Notes: a model not told the origin generated them from the letters alone. Positions 1 to 12,773 are shown, counted from the first letter of the stretch. The stretch: 64,000 nucleotides of DNA from Eledone cirrhosa (GCA_964016885.1 OZ024748.1:13144001-13208000), one strand, 5' to 3'. Numbers and translations: made by a program.

Positions 1-640
1 ATTTTGGTAATGTAGTGATGGTAATGGTGATGATGATAATGGTGGCGTAGTGGTGTGGTGGTGTGGTGGTGTGGTGGTGTGGTGGTGTGGTGGTGTGGTG
101 GTGTGGTGGTGTGGTGGTGTGGTGATAGTGGTAATGGTATTGCCATGGCAATGTAGTGATATTTTGGTAATGTAGTGATGGTAATGGTGATGATGATAAT
201 GGTGGCGTAGTGGTGTGGTGGTGTGGTGGTGTGGTGGTGTGGTGGTGTGGTGGTGTGGTGGTGTGGTGGTGTGGTGGTGTGGTGATAGTGGTAATGGTAT
301 TGCCATGGCAATGTAGTGATATTTTGGTAATGTAGTGATGGTAATGGTGATGATGATAATGGTGGCGTGGTGGTGTGGTGGTGTGGTGGCGTGGTGGTGT
401 GATGGTGTGGTGGTGTGGTGGTGTGGTGATAGTGGTAATGGTATTGCCATGGCAATGTAGTGATATTTTGGTAATGTAGTGGTGGTAATGGTGATGATCA
501 TAATGGTGGTGTGGTGGTGTGGTGGTGTGGTGGCGTGGTGGTGTGGTGGTGTGGTGGTGTGGTGGTGTGGTGGTGTGGCGGTGAAGGTGCTGTGGTGATA
601 GTGGTAATGGTATTGCCATGGTTATGTAGTGATATGTTGG
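1..640. repeat. Tandem repeat, ~145-165 bp unit with internal (GTGGTGGT)n
   Basis: ATTTTGGTAATGTAGTG...GCCATGGCAATGTAGTGAT recurs at 1, 161, 321 and ~465. Confidence 0.9.
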
Positions 641-649
641 TATAACGAT

Positions 650-883
650 GGTAATGATGATGATGATGATGATGGTAATGATGATGATGATGATGATGAT
701 AGTTGTGCGGTGGTGTGGTGGCGTGGTGGTGAGGTGGCGTGGTGGGGTGGTGGTATTGTTTGTGCTGCTAGTGATGTCAACATTTATTGGTCGCCATATT
801 GTGGTCCAATTAGTAACAATGGCTTCGTTTGTTATTGTGGTCGTATTTGTTATTGTTAATGAGGACGACGTCGACGAAGGTGT

Positions 884-961
<78 letters not shown>

Positions 962-1340
962 GTGGTGGTGATGGTGGTGATGACGATTATAATGAAGATG
1001 ATTTCAATAGTTATGATGATGATGATGATAGCGACGATATTGTTTAGGATAATGATGATGATGATGATGATGATGATGATAATTTTAATGGTGATGTTGA
1101 GGACAACGATGACGAAAAAGATGATAATGTTGTTGGTGATGATGATGATGATGATGATGTCAACGATGATGATGATAATGACGATGATGACGATGATGAT
1201 GATGACGATGATGATGACGATGATGACGATGATGACGATGTTAATGATGACGATGATGATGACGATGATGATGATGATGATGACGATGATGATGATGATG
1301 ATAATGATGATGATGATGGTGATGGTGATATCAGTAGTGA
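650..1340. repeat. (GAT)n/(GAC)n trinucleotide low-complexity tract
   Basis: Long GAT runs; produces the spurious poly-D/M/I ORFs. Confidence 0.9.
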
Positions 1341-1460
1341 TGATGTTTATGTCGGTATTTCTCATTCTTTCTACAGACCAGTTACAACTGGTTATATTGT
1401 TGTTTGTCTCTAGTGTTGTTGGCTATGTTTAGCACTTTCTTGTCATTTCTTGTATTCAAG

Positions 1461-1645
1461 GGTGGTGGATTGGTAGTACTGGTAGAGTATCGCGGACACC
1501 CTGCTATGGGGCAGAGAGTTACGGCCCTTTACCTTCTCAGTTCAAATCCCGACAAGGTTAGCTTTGCCTGTCATCCTTACGAGATCGATAAAATAAAGCA
1601 CCAGTAACATACTGGGGTCGATTTAAACGACTTTCCCCTCCCCTC
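1461..1645 (+). mobile_element. tRNA-derived SINE (main family in window)
   Basis: A-box-like TGG..GTA..GGTAGAG head, B-box GTTCAAATCC, body TTTGCCT.TCATCCTTACG.G.TCGATAAAATAAAG.ACCAGT shared with ~20 copies. Confidence 0.8.
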
Positions 1646-1785
1646 ACAGGATCGTCAGAGCTCGCAGGTGAATCTCTAGAGTAACAAGACTCACTAGTTA
1701 GCCATAATAAGTGAATATTTAAACTCTAGTTCGGTATTCAGTCCCCTTTTCCCTCGTCCGTCAACTACATACTTACGGATATCTT

Positions 1786-1820
<35 letters not shown>

Positions 1821-2016
1821 ACGAAGGAAATGTGGTAAGGAACCAGGTGGACCATAACGCACCAAAGTACTCAATACTTAGGGTAGTAGAGTGGGTAATA
1901 GGAACGAGTAGGACCCCGACGGCTGAGCTCAAGCCGTTTCGACGGCTAATTCTGGACCAGAGTCCAGAATTAGCCGTCGAAACGGCTTGAGCTCAGCCGT
2001 CGGGGTCCTACTCGTT

Positions 2017-2020
<4 letters not shown>
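1821..2020. mobile_element. Family E fold-back mini-element in (TA)n carrying HHR 3' halves
   Basis: Perfect ~59 bp inverted arms (1899-1957 / 1962-2020); GAAA-CGGCT-TGAGCTC-AGCCG-TC is stem III plus a GUC site; tail shared with 8630, 12075 and 47460. Confidence 0.75.
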
Positions 2021-2055
<35 letters not shown>

Positions 2056-2116
2056 ATGTGTGTGTGTGTGTGTGTATACATGAACACACTCCCAGAGATA
2101 CATACACACGCATACA

Positions 2117-2194
<78 letters not shown>

Positions 2195-2434
2195 TGTGTA
2201 AGTCTGTGTGTCTGTGTATATGTATGTGTGTATATGTGTATATATGTGTATATATGTGCATGTATGTGTGTATATGTGTGTATGTATGTCTATTAGCACC
2301 ATCAACCAAATTACTCAGCCACTTCAATGAAACTCCATTTCATCAGAGCCATGAACTAAATGCGTCACAACAAACAGAATTTTGGATATTAGCAGTGACA
2401 ATTGGACCGACAGTAGTGAGTGTGGAATTCTACT

Positions 2435-3097
2435 GATGTTGGTTGGAGTGTTGGTGTTGATGGTAGTGGTTGTGGTGGTAGGAACGGGGGTGAATGGTAG
2501 TGGTGGTGTTGGTGTTGATGGTAGTGGTTGTGGTGGTAGGAACGGGGGTGAATGGTAATGGTGATGGTGGAGTTGATGGTTGTGGTGGTGGTGGTAGGAA
2601 CGGTGTTGATGGTGGTGGTGGTGGTGGTGGTGGTGGTGGTAGTGGTGGTGGTGGTGATGACAGTTACGGTGGTGCGTGTGGTTGTGGTGATGGTGCTCGA
2701 TGGTGGTGGTGGTAGTGGTGGTGGTGGTGGTGTTGGTGACAGTTACGGTGGTGTGTGTGTGTGTGGTTGTGGTGATGGTGCTCCATGGTGGTGGTGGAGG
2801 TGGTGGTGGTCGTGACAGTTACGGTGGTGTTTGTGGTTGTGGTGATGGTGGTGGTGGTTGTGGTCGATGGTGGTGGTGGTGGTGGTGGTAGTGGTGGTGG
2901 TGGTGGTGTTGGTTGTGACAGTTACGGTGGTGTGTGTGTGGTTGTGGTGATGGTGCTCGATGGTGGTGGTGGTGGTGGTGGTGGTGGTGGCGGTGACAGT
3001 TACGGGTGTGTGTGTGTGTGTGTGGTTGTGGTGATGGCGCTCGATGGTGGTGGTGGTGGTGGTGATTCTGGTGGTGTCTGTGGTGGCTGGGTGGTGT
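2435..3097. repeat. (GGT)n-derived complex tandem repeat
   Basis: GGT runs with recurring GTGACAGTTACGGTGGTG and GATGGTGCTCGATGG units. Confidence 0.85.
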
Positions 3098-3252
3098 AAT
3101 TATGCAATAGTAATGGCGGTTGATGAGGTAGATGATGGTTGATGGTACTGGATTTAGTTGTCATCATGTGATACATGAGCTACAACACACAAACACACAC
3201 ATATACATCCTATAACGCACAAACACACACACACACACACACGCACACACAC

Positions 3253-3283
<31 letters not shown>

Positions 3284-3371
3284 GATAAGAGTGAGAAGTC
3301 TTCCCATATACTACACAAACTTCTTCCGCCCTCGTACATTTGCGTTTATTGACGTCCCATATACGAAAATT

Positions 3372-3410
<39 letters not shown>

Positions 3411-3589
3411 GTAGAAATAAAGATATGTATGTGTGTGTATGTGTGTGTGTGTATGGGGGGGGGGGGGGAAGTGTGTGAATTTGGATAGCCAGGGGTGAAC
3501 TAAACTGGGAGTGGATGGGAAGAGGTGAGAAGAGAAAAATGGGGAGAATGAGTGAGGGAGGAGAGATACTGAGGAGAATGTGACATAGA

Positions 3590-3972
3590 GTAGAGATATA
3601 GACAGATAGATAGATATATAGATAGATAGATATATAGTAGATAGATAGATAGATAGGTATATAGATAGATAGGTAGATAGTAGATAGTAGATAGATAGAT
3701 AGATAGATAGATACATAGATAGATAGATAGATAGATAGTAGATAGTAGATAGATAGATATATAGTAGATAGATAGATAGATAGATAGGTAGATAGTAGAT
3801 AGTAGATAGATAGATAGATAGTAGATAGACAGATAGATAGTAGATAGACAGATAGATAGTAGGTAGATAGGTAGATAAGATAAATAGATAGATAGTAGAT
3901 AGATAGACAGATAGATAGGTAGATAGATAGATAGATAGGTAGATAAGTAGATAGATAGATAGATAGATAGAT
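3590..3972. repeat. (TAGA)n microsatellite
   Basis: Direct inspection. Confidence 0.95.
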
Positions 3973-4064
3973 ATCTTTCTTTATTTGCCACAGGGGCGTA
4001 CAAAAATGGGACATTACAAGACGTGACGGTGGGGGTTTTACATAGATAGATAGATAGATTGATT

Positions 4065-4096
<32 letters not shown>

Positions 4097-4355
4097 CAGG
4101 AGAGATAGGGAGAGGGAGAGAGAGAGTGTGGTATAGGAAGTGTGAAGTGAAGAGAACAAAGGATGCTGAGTTAGTCCCTCACCCATCATCCCCGGGGGGT
4201 ATGATAGTGGGTTGAACATATGTTGTGGGTGGGTATCGGTGCTGACCCGACCAGACTCGCTTAAATAAATGGATGCAATAACATATATATACATATATAT
4301 AAAATTAAAAATATAAATAAATAGGGGTCGCCGCCGGGCGAAAAAAGGGATCCTT
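3973..4355 (-). mobile_element. Possible 3' end of a non-LTR retroposon running into a (TCTA)n tail
   Basis: Minus strand ...GTCCCATTTTTGTACGCCCCTGTGGCAAATAAAGAAAGATATCTATC: AATAAA directly before a simple-repeat tail; CpG-richer than flanks. Confidence 0.35.
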
Positions 4356-4758
4356 TTTATTTATTTTTTTTTTTAATTCATTATATTTATTATTTTTATT
4401 TTTATTTTTATATATTTATATTCATTTATTTTTTATTTATTTTGATTTTATGTGTTTTATGTTTTGGTTTATATATTTTTATTAGTTTTTGTTGTTTTTT
4501 TTCCTATAGGAAATCTCAGATTTAGCGATCGGAACTAATCACGATTGACGTGGTTTCAAGGTGTGTGTCTGTGTGTGTGTCGGTGTGTATGTGTGAGTGT
4601 GTGTGAATGTGTGTGTATGGGTGTGTGCTTCGGTGTCACTGTGGGGCTATACCTGTGCCTCTACCTGGATACATGCACAGACACACACACACATACACAC
4701 ACACAAACACACATATAGAGACATGTATATATATATATGTATGTGTATATATATGTGA

Positions 4759-4800
<42 letters not shown>

Positions 4801-5581
4801 ATGTATATATATATTAATACTCACTAATTTATAATGTATGCATATTGCTGGAGAGATCGTCTTTGGTGTGGCAAAGATCGGGTGAAAGGTGTCATATCTT
4901 ACTACGTGTAAAATAATACAGGAATAATCTGCCATGATGGTGATATGGGGGTGACGAATTTATCTGTGAAACGACTGATATGCTTGCCGTAAACGAAAAG
5001 CTAATTTGTGAAACCACACACTAATTTATTCATGTCGAAATGGTGTAAAACACAATGTGTATGTGTATATATTTATCTACCACACCACATTATCTGTAAA
5101 AGGGACTGTTATGTTAAATACACCAAGCCCAAATCAATTGTAGAAAATATTATACATCAGTGGATCAAATTTTGGAGGTGTTGAAAAAAAGGATAATAAA
5201 CTTGTGTTGTGACATTTTCACTCGGATGTTGACATTTGTGTCATGGGTAAATCAGAGGATCAGATACTTCTGGCAGAAAGAGGAGAACGTTTCACGGATT
5301 TAGTCACACATGACAAAAAAAATATCGTCTTCACTAAGGCCATCTAAAGAACAGACAGATAGCATATGTTGAACCAGACGTTCGTTGAAGTATAACATTT
5401 TATGACCATCTACTACGAATACGACTAGTTTCCATATAGATGCTGTCCACCAAATTTCTCTAACAATAGCTATGTCTATGGTAGTTATATAATACAGTAT
5501 GCTTGCTTCGATGGTTGTAAAGAGTATTTGAACCAGAGTTTATGAAATTGCAAATTAAACGCCTTAAACATATAGACACTT

Positions 5582-5660
<79 letters not shown>

Positions 5661-5697
5661 TGTATATATGTATGTATGAATGTATGTATGTATATAA

Positions 5698-5777
<80 letters not shown>

Positions 5778-5780
<3 letters not shown>

Positions 5781-5948
5781 CCCTGGATTCAATCGGGGCA
5801 ACCAGAGTTAATAAGGTACCTAATACATTAGTAGAGTGTAAACATGAAATTTGATAAAGAAATGGTTTCTACAGGGTGAGAACTGATGATATATTTTGAA
5901 TGAAACAGTTCTAGTCACGAAGAAGCCATTTCTATATTAAACTTGTTA
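5778..5948. mobile_element. Family A mini-element with degenerate HHR
   Basis: CTGATGA-TATATTTTGAAT-GAAA-CAGTTCTAGTC at 5883-5916; partial inverted arms; homologous to 8840 and 57030. Confidence 0.65.
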
Positions 5949-6516
5949 TATATATATACGATATATATATATATACGATATATATATATATATATATACT
6001 ATCGGGTAAGCTGTGGATTTAAAGTAAGCAGGGGGTTCGGAATAGGTGTTTAATTGCTCGGGTTTGAACCATGTTGCTCTAGTTTGCGCTTGTCATCACT
6101 TCCATAGTAACAATTATTACAGGTTATTTACCATGATACCATTGCAAGACACAAGGGACTGACAAGGATGACCTACAGACCTTAATATGTAACAGAGATT
6201 GTTGACGTTGAAGCTCTGTATTGCTGTCTCGCCTACGGGCGATGGATCATAGTAATAATTAGTAACATACTTGCCGCAAGGCTATTATGTTTCAGCAAAG
6301 CTTGCCTGTATTGAACTCCATTCATATTCTCTAATATAGGTTAGGGAATCATCGTTTTGCTGAATCATCGTGACTACAATGTAAGTATATTGATATATCT
6401 CCATACATGATACTCTTTTTTTAGTATTGAGTTCTTCCTCACTCTTGGCCTACTAAGGTTAACAAATCGAAACTCATTGTAGTAATATTAGTGGTAGTGG
6501 TGGTGGTGGCAGTCGC

Positions 6517-6568
<52 letters not shown>

Positions 6569-6912
6569 ATAGTAGAGTTTTGAGTATTTTTGTTTGATAT
6601 TGTAGTTCCAATTATATTCTATATATTTTCTTGTCTCTCCGCTAGAAGTTATTTCTGTACAGATTCTAATAACCACGTCCCACACAACTACAACACAATA
6701 CCACCACCACACCAACACATCACCAATACCATACCACCACCACAAGGCCACCACCACCACCATTACAGCCTTATAACTGGCCCCACATCACATCATATCA
6801 CCCTTCCATAATTCACTACACCACCAGTCCACACCCCCCACACATCTATCCCATCACCACCACGCCCACCACAACAAGCTAACATATCAGCCCATTCCTT
6901 ACCATTCCATCA

Positions 6913-6944
<32 letters not shown>

Positions 6945-6960
6945 GTGTGTGTGTATATAA

Positions 6961-7045
<85 letters not shown>

Positions 7046-7131
7046 TATAATAATAATAATAATTCATATATATATATATATATATATGAATATGAATATA
7101 TATATATGAATAAGAATATATATATATGAAT

Positions 7132-7163
<32 letters not shown>

Positions 7164-7352
7164 CGTATATACACACACACATATACATATACATATATAT
7201 ATATATATATGTATGTGTGTGTATATATATATTCATATGACTGTAGCCAATAGATAAAAAATACATCAATAAGAACTCAACCGATTTGTTTTCCTTCATT
7301 CATTCATATTTTTGAATGTCTATATATATACATATATATAGAGATAGATACA

Positions 7353-7432
<80 letters not shown>

Positions 7433-7433
7433 A

Positions 7434-7464
<31 letters not shown>

Positions 7465-7590
7465 AATACATACATACATACATACATATATATATGCATG
7501 CACTCATAAGTGTGTGTTGATGTACGCATTGTGTTCTCTATCTGTTCATGTGTTTAAATGGTGTGTATATTTTGCTAGAGCTAATTGTGT

Positions 7591-7636
<46 letters not shown>

Positions 7637-7892
7637 ATATATATATGCATATATATGTATATATGTATATATACAAATATGTATATATACATCTCTCTCT
7701 CTCTATGTATATATGTATATGTGTGTGTGTGAGTGTATGTGTGTATGTAAGTATGCATATATATACACATTCTGCTAGGGCTAATTGTAACTGTATGTAG
7801 GTGTATATGTATTGTGTTCTCTTTGTGCATTTATATATATGTACGCTTAGTGGGTACACAATTATGCATATATACATATATAGACACACACG

Positions 7893-7925
<33 letters not shown>

Positions 7926-8140
7926 GTGCGTGTGTGTGTGTATATATATATATTTATCTGCTGGAGCTAATTTAAGAAATGTTCTATTGTACCATCATAC
8001 ACTCTTTAAATATCAATAAAAGCCGAACCATAAATAAATAACTAAAAAGTTATTGAAAAAATTATTATATATATATATATAAAACTGAAAGAAAGAAAGT
8101 GAGAATGGAGAAAAGAAAGAAAGAAAGCAAAAAAGAAGGA

Positions 8141-8191
<51 letters not shown>

Positions 8192-8571
8192 GCAGAAAGA
8201 AAGACAGAAAGAAAGAAAGAAAGAGAGAAAGGATAGACCCAGAAATATAACGTCCTACAATTCTTGGTATTGAATATCGGAATTGGATGAAGAATTCCTA
8301 ATGTTACTTAGTGTTTACCTGAAATAACAGCTTCCAAAAAACGAAACGAAATCAAAAATAAAAACCAAAAGGAAAAAATTCCTTTACTTTCTATATTTTC
8401 TTGTCTACCGCCTTCTGATTCTTTTGTCTTTTTTTTGTGAGTTTTTTTTATCTTTAAATCTTTTTATGTTTCTTTTCGTATATATTTTCTTTTTCTCGGA
8501 AGTTATATAGTAAAGATGTAAAAATATACTGGCTCTCTGAAATCTCTCTCTCTATCTATCTATCTACATTA

Positions 8572-8629
<58 letters not shown>

Positions 8630-8633
<4 letters not shown>

Positions 8634-8780
8634 AAACAGTCAGAGCCCCGACGGCTGAGCTCCGGCCGTTTCGACAGCTAGGTCCTGACTCTTTTCCTAT
8701 TCCCTACTCTACTAATATAAGTATCGAGTAATCTGATGCGTTATGGTCCACCTGGTTCCTGACCGCACTTACTTCATATA
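8630..8780. mobile_element. Family E mini-element (internally deleted fold-back)
   Basis: CCCCGACGGCTGAGCTC..GCCGTTTCGAC plus tail GCGTTATGGTCCACCTGGTTCC, between (TA)n tracts. Confidence 0.7.
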
Positions 8781-8803
8781 CATACATACATACATACATA
8801 CAT

Positions 8804-8839
<36 letters not shown>

Positions 8840-8840
<1 letters not shown>

Positions 8841-9040
8841 TTTTAATATAGATGAGATTCTACAGGACTAGAACTGTTTCATTCTTTAGAAATCACCAGG
8901 AATCCCACGATTCCTGTTGATTTCTAAAGAATGAAACAGTTCTAGTCCTGTAGAATCTCATCTATATTAACACTTTTATACTCTGCTATATATTGAGTAC
9001 CTTACTTACTGTGGTTACCTCCGACTCAACCCGGAATAAC

Positions 9041-9042
<2 letters not shown>
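8840..9042. mobile_element. Family A fold-back mini-element
   Basis: ~62 bp inverted arms around CCAC (8905-8908) plus ~70 bp tail; flanked by (TA)n. Confidence 0.8.
8909..8957 (+). ncRNA. Type I hammerhead motif, family A (A6U in this copy; mirror copy at 8856-8904 on minus has A6G)
   Basis: GATTC-CTGTTGA-TTTC TAAA GAAT-GAAA-CAG TTCTAGTC CTG-TA-GAATC: stem I 5 bp, stem III 4 bp, GUA site. Confidence 0.7.
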
Positions 9043-9102
<60 letters not shown>

Positions 9103-9123
9103 AAATGTATATGAAAAGAGTTA

Positions 9124-9228
9124 GGACACAGACGGCTGAGCTCCGTCTGTTTCGACAGCTAGATCCGAACTAAGCCACCGGTATTAGAACGGCGGGAATC
9201 TAGCTGAACTTACCAAGGGGCACAGTCC
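9124..9228 (-). ncRNA. Degenerate type I hammerhead with extended stem II, family E
   Basis: Minus: GGACTGTGCCCC-TTGGTAA-GTTCAGCTAGATTC...GGATCTAGCTGTC-GAAA-C...GCCG-TC; other copies supply the GGGGTCC stem I partner. Confidence 0.55.
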
Positions 9229-9977
9229 ATATATTGAGCTTCTTAAGTTCATTAAATTTTCTTTCTAACGACCAACCACGGCCTATAAATGATCCAATAT
9301 ATTTGACCCTTCTAGTATGTCTCTATGTAATGTCAGATATCTTGCCCGCTTGTTCGGTCTTGAGAATTCAACATGTATTGACGTGTATCTTTAATTCTTA
9401 ATACCAAACCTTATCAAATCACCGCTGCTTCTACGATACGAAACTGATTGTCTTAAACTGTCTATATTACAAGTTATTGGTCTCTATGTTTTCTATATTA
9501 CTAGTTATTGGTTAGTCGGTCAAATGTCTTTCGTCACACATTACGTGACTACGTTGCTCTTGTTTCTAGTCTTAATCTGTGTTACTCCATCTTGACCAGA
9601 GAGAGAGAGGGAGGGGGAGAACTCCATGTTACACCGATGGCCAGCCAACACAGGCTGGAGATAGAATGTGTAGCAACAAGGCTGGGTGCCCCAGTATGGT
9701 CTCAGCCGGATGGTTGGAACAGGTAAAAGAGTAAACTTACTTGCATGCATACGTACATACATATATACATATATACATATATACATATATATATATCGGC
9801 AGTCGATCTACTTTCGTCAAATCGGACCGAGGAAACAATGTTTCCGTTGGTCTTTCCAATTGCTAATACTATCTATCGGTCGCGACTCCAGGTAGAAGGA
9901 TCAAGGGGAAATAAAGTGCCTTGCTCAAGGTCATATATATATATATATATATGAAGTGGATTGGCTGTGTAGTTTAA

Positions 9978-10148
9978 GGTATGCTTAGAAATAAGAGTAA
10001 GAAGCAAGCAAGAACGGGGGGAGGGGGGCTTCTTCATCAGTTGTCTGCTGTGTCTTTAATGCGTAGAAATAACCGAGACACCCAGCAGACAAGTGATGAG
10101 GAACACCTCCATGCCCTGTTCTTGCTTGCTTCTTACTCTTATCTTTAA

Positions 10149-10152
<4 letters not shown>
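9978..10152. mobile_element. Fold-back mini-element near (TA)n
   Basis: Imperfect inverted arms ATGCTTA..AAGAGTAAGAAGCAAGCAAGAAC / GTTCTTGCTTGCTTCTTACTCTT..TAAGCAT; CTGATGA on minus at 10034-10040. Confidence 0.65.
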
Positions 10153-10212
<60 letters not shown>

Positions 10213-10219
<7 letters not shown>

Positions 10220-10443
10220 TAACAGATTAAAGTTTAAGCAAAGAATCGGTGCTTTCACGCTTAACAGGATCTTCTGAGTTTCAGAAGATCCCGCTAAGGG
10301 TGAAAGCAGCGATTCTTTGCTTAAATTTTAATCTGTTATTTTAATAAATATTTGCTCTACTATATTTGTTCTTATATATTTGATATATATTTATCCTTAT
10401 CGAGCCCTCTTTGGATTTTAGTCTTCAAATTTACTATTATTAC

Positions 10444-10445
<2 letters not shown>
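10213..10445. mobile_element. Family B fold-back mini-element
   Basis: ~65 bp inverted arms plus ~100 bp tail between (TA)n; homologues at 23.8-24.2, 31.1, 37.4, 39.3 and 56.6 kb. Confidence 0.8.
10277..10327 (+). ncRNA. Hammerhead-like motif, family B (CAGAAGA core)
   Basis: AGTTT-CAGAAGA-TCCC GCTAA GGGT-GAAA-GCA GCGATTCTT TGC-TT-AAATT. Confidence 0.6.
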
Positions 10446-10477
<32 letters not shown>

Positions 10478-11550
10478 TCAATCCATACATACGTACATAG
10501 AGAAAGGGACGACTAACTGTAGGAAGACAGAGAAAATAATTAAGGAGGTAATAGACAAAATGAACCACTAACAGCTCCAGTTATTGTGTGTGTGTTTATC
10601 TTGGGTTTATCTTTGTAGGTCTGTTGTAAAGTAGTGAAGAGAGAGAGAGAGTTGAGTATATTTGGTTACTGTGTCTACAGTTAAATGAAACATTAGCTGT
10701 AGTATTATCTGAGATTCAACACCTCACTGTGTCATCACATTTATTTAATCATGTCTATAACAATGACAAACAAACATGTATAGAGGACGTCTGGCCATTT
10801 TAACGTCTTGGATTATATATCGACATAGATGTATGTATGTATGTATGTATGTATGTATGTATGTATGTATGTATGTATGTATCTATGTATGTATGTATGT
10901 ATGTTTTCTCTTTCTCTTAATTTTGAGTATATTTTTTTGACCGGCCACCTTCCTGGTGGCAAGGTTGTAAAAGAAAAGAAATTGTCATCCCTTGAATCGC
11001 AAGAATGTTTTGCAAATTTTGAAGGTGCCAGCTATCGCAGCCATTTGTAGACTATGAATTAGGGAGCTGCGCTTTTTGTCCGCAAATCCAAGTTCAGTCA
11101 TACTTTGGTCCAAGCGGGTTGGTATATAACCCGTAGCACCAATAATGATGGGTATGAAGCTATGTATGTATGTATGTATGTATGTATGTATGTATGTATG
11201 TATGTATGTATGTATGTATGTCTATGTATGTGTGTGTCTATGTATGTATGTATGTATGTGTGTATGTATGTGTGTCTATGTATGTGTGTGTCTATGTATG
11301 TATGTATGTGTGTGTGTCTATGTATCAATGTATGTATGTATGTATTTAGGTATGTGAGTGACTATATATGTATGTGTGTATGTATGTATGTAGGTATTGA
11401 GTGACTATATATGCATGTGTGTATGTATGTATGTATATATATATGTATGTGTATATGTATGTCTTTGTATGTGTGCGTGCGAGTGTATGTTTGTATATAT
11501 ATCTAAGTATGTAAGCTTGTATTTATGCATGTATGTATGTAAGTACGTAA

Positions 11551-11605
<55 letters not shown>

Positions 11606-11617
11606 CATATTTACGTA

Positions 11618-11665
<48 letters not shown>

Positions 11666-11731
11666 TATCTCCCAAGGCTCTGATACCATCAACACTATAC
11701 ACACAGAGCTGGCATATGTAAGAACTGACCA

Positions 11732-11787
11732 ACTGCCTGATGAGGTCATAGCCATTCAATGGCTATCATCGAAATATATATATCAGT
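11732..11787 (+). ncRNA. Type I hammerhead motif with intact core, family I
   Basis: ACTGC-CTGATGA-GGTCATAGCCA TTCAA TGGCTATCATC-GAAA-TATATA-TA-TCAGT, inside a ~165 bp island between (TA)n tracts. Confidence 0.7.
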
Positions 11788-12074
11788 AAATAAAGGATTA
11801 TGAGTTCATGCAATTGACTTATGTTTCGTCACTATATATATATATATACATATATATATATAGATATACATATATATATACCCGTGAGTGTGTCTATGTA
11901 TGTATATGTACGTGTGTATGTTTGTCTGTATGTAAGAATGTATGTTTGTATGTTTGAATATATGAATATATGTATGTTTGTAAGCATATATATATATATA
12001 TTTCTCCTGTCATTCTCTCTTTATTTCTCTCTCTCTCTCTTTATATATATATATATACATTTATATATATATTT

Positions 12075-12203
12075 CGTCGGCTTGAGCTCTGCCGTCGGGG
12101 TCATACTTTTTCCTATTTCCAACTCTACTACCCTAAGTATTGAGTACGTTATGTGTTATCTGGTGCGTTATGGTCCATCTGGTTGCTTACCACATTTCCT
12201 TTG

Positions 12204-12205
<2 letters not shown>
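12075..12205 (+). mobile_element. Family E fragment (stem III remnant plus tail)
   Basis: CGGCTTGAGCTCTGCCGTCGGGGTC...CTCTACTACCCTAAGTATTGAGTAC...GCGTTATGGTCCA. Confidence 0.7.
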
Positions 12206-12240
<35 letters not shown>

Positions 12241-12266
12241 GCTCTCTCTCTGTTTCTCTCTCTCTC

Positions 12267-12332
<66 letters not shown>

Positions 12333-12637
12333 GAGAGAGAGAGAGAAACAGAGAGGGAGAGAACGAGAGGAGAGAAATTTATATATATATGTATATATAC
12401 CGAAATGACTGGGGTTGTATATTGAATCATATACGAAATCATCATGTAAATAAACATTTTTGTAGCCTCGCTATGAAATTTAAAAGCTGTGATTTATTCA
12501 CCACTCGTCTTTAACTACCAAGGAAGGGGGAGATAGATAAAGTAACCTCTCCAACTGTTGTAATGAAAGCCTTACTTTAATTGTGTTTCCCTTCCGTTCT
12601 TTAACGGAACATCATATAACTCTTCTATACATACATG

Positions 12638-12773
<136 letters not shown>

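Noticed and set aside
1461-1560. tRNA genes at SINE heads
   Set aside because: A/B boxes only, no cloverleaf; they continue into the SINE body.
6000-6420. Possible GIY-YIG remnant on minus (VGET...)
   Set aside because: Only a 4-residue match, with stops nearby; cannot be supported.
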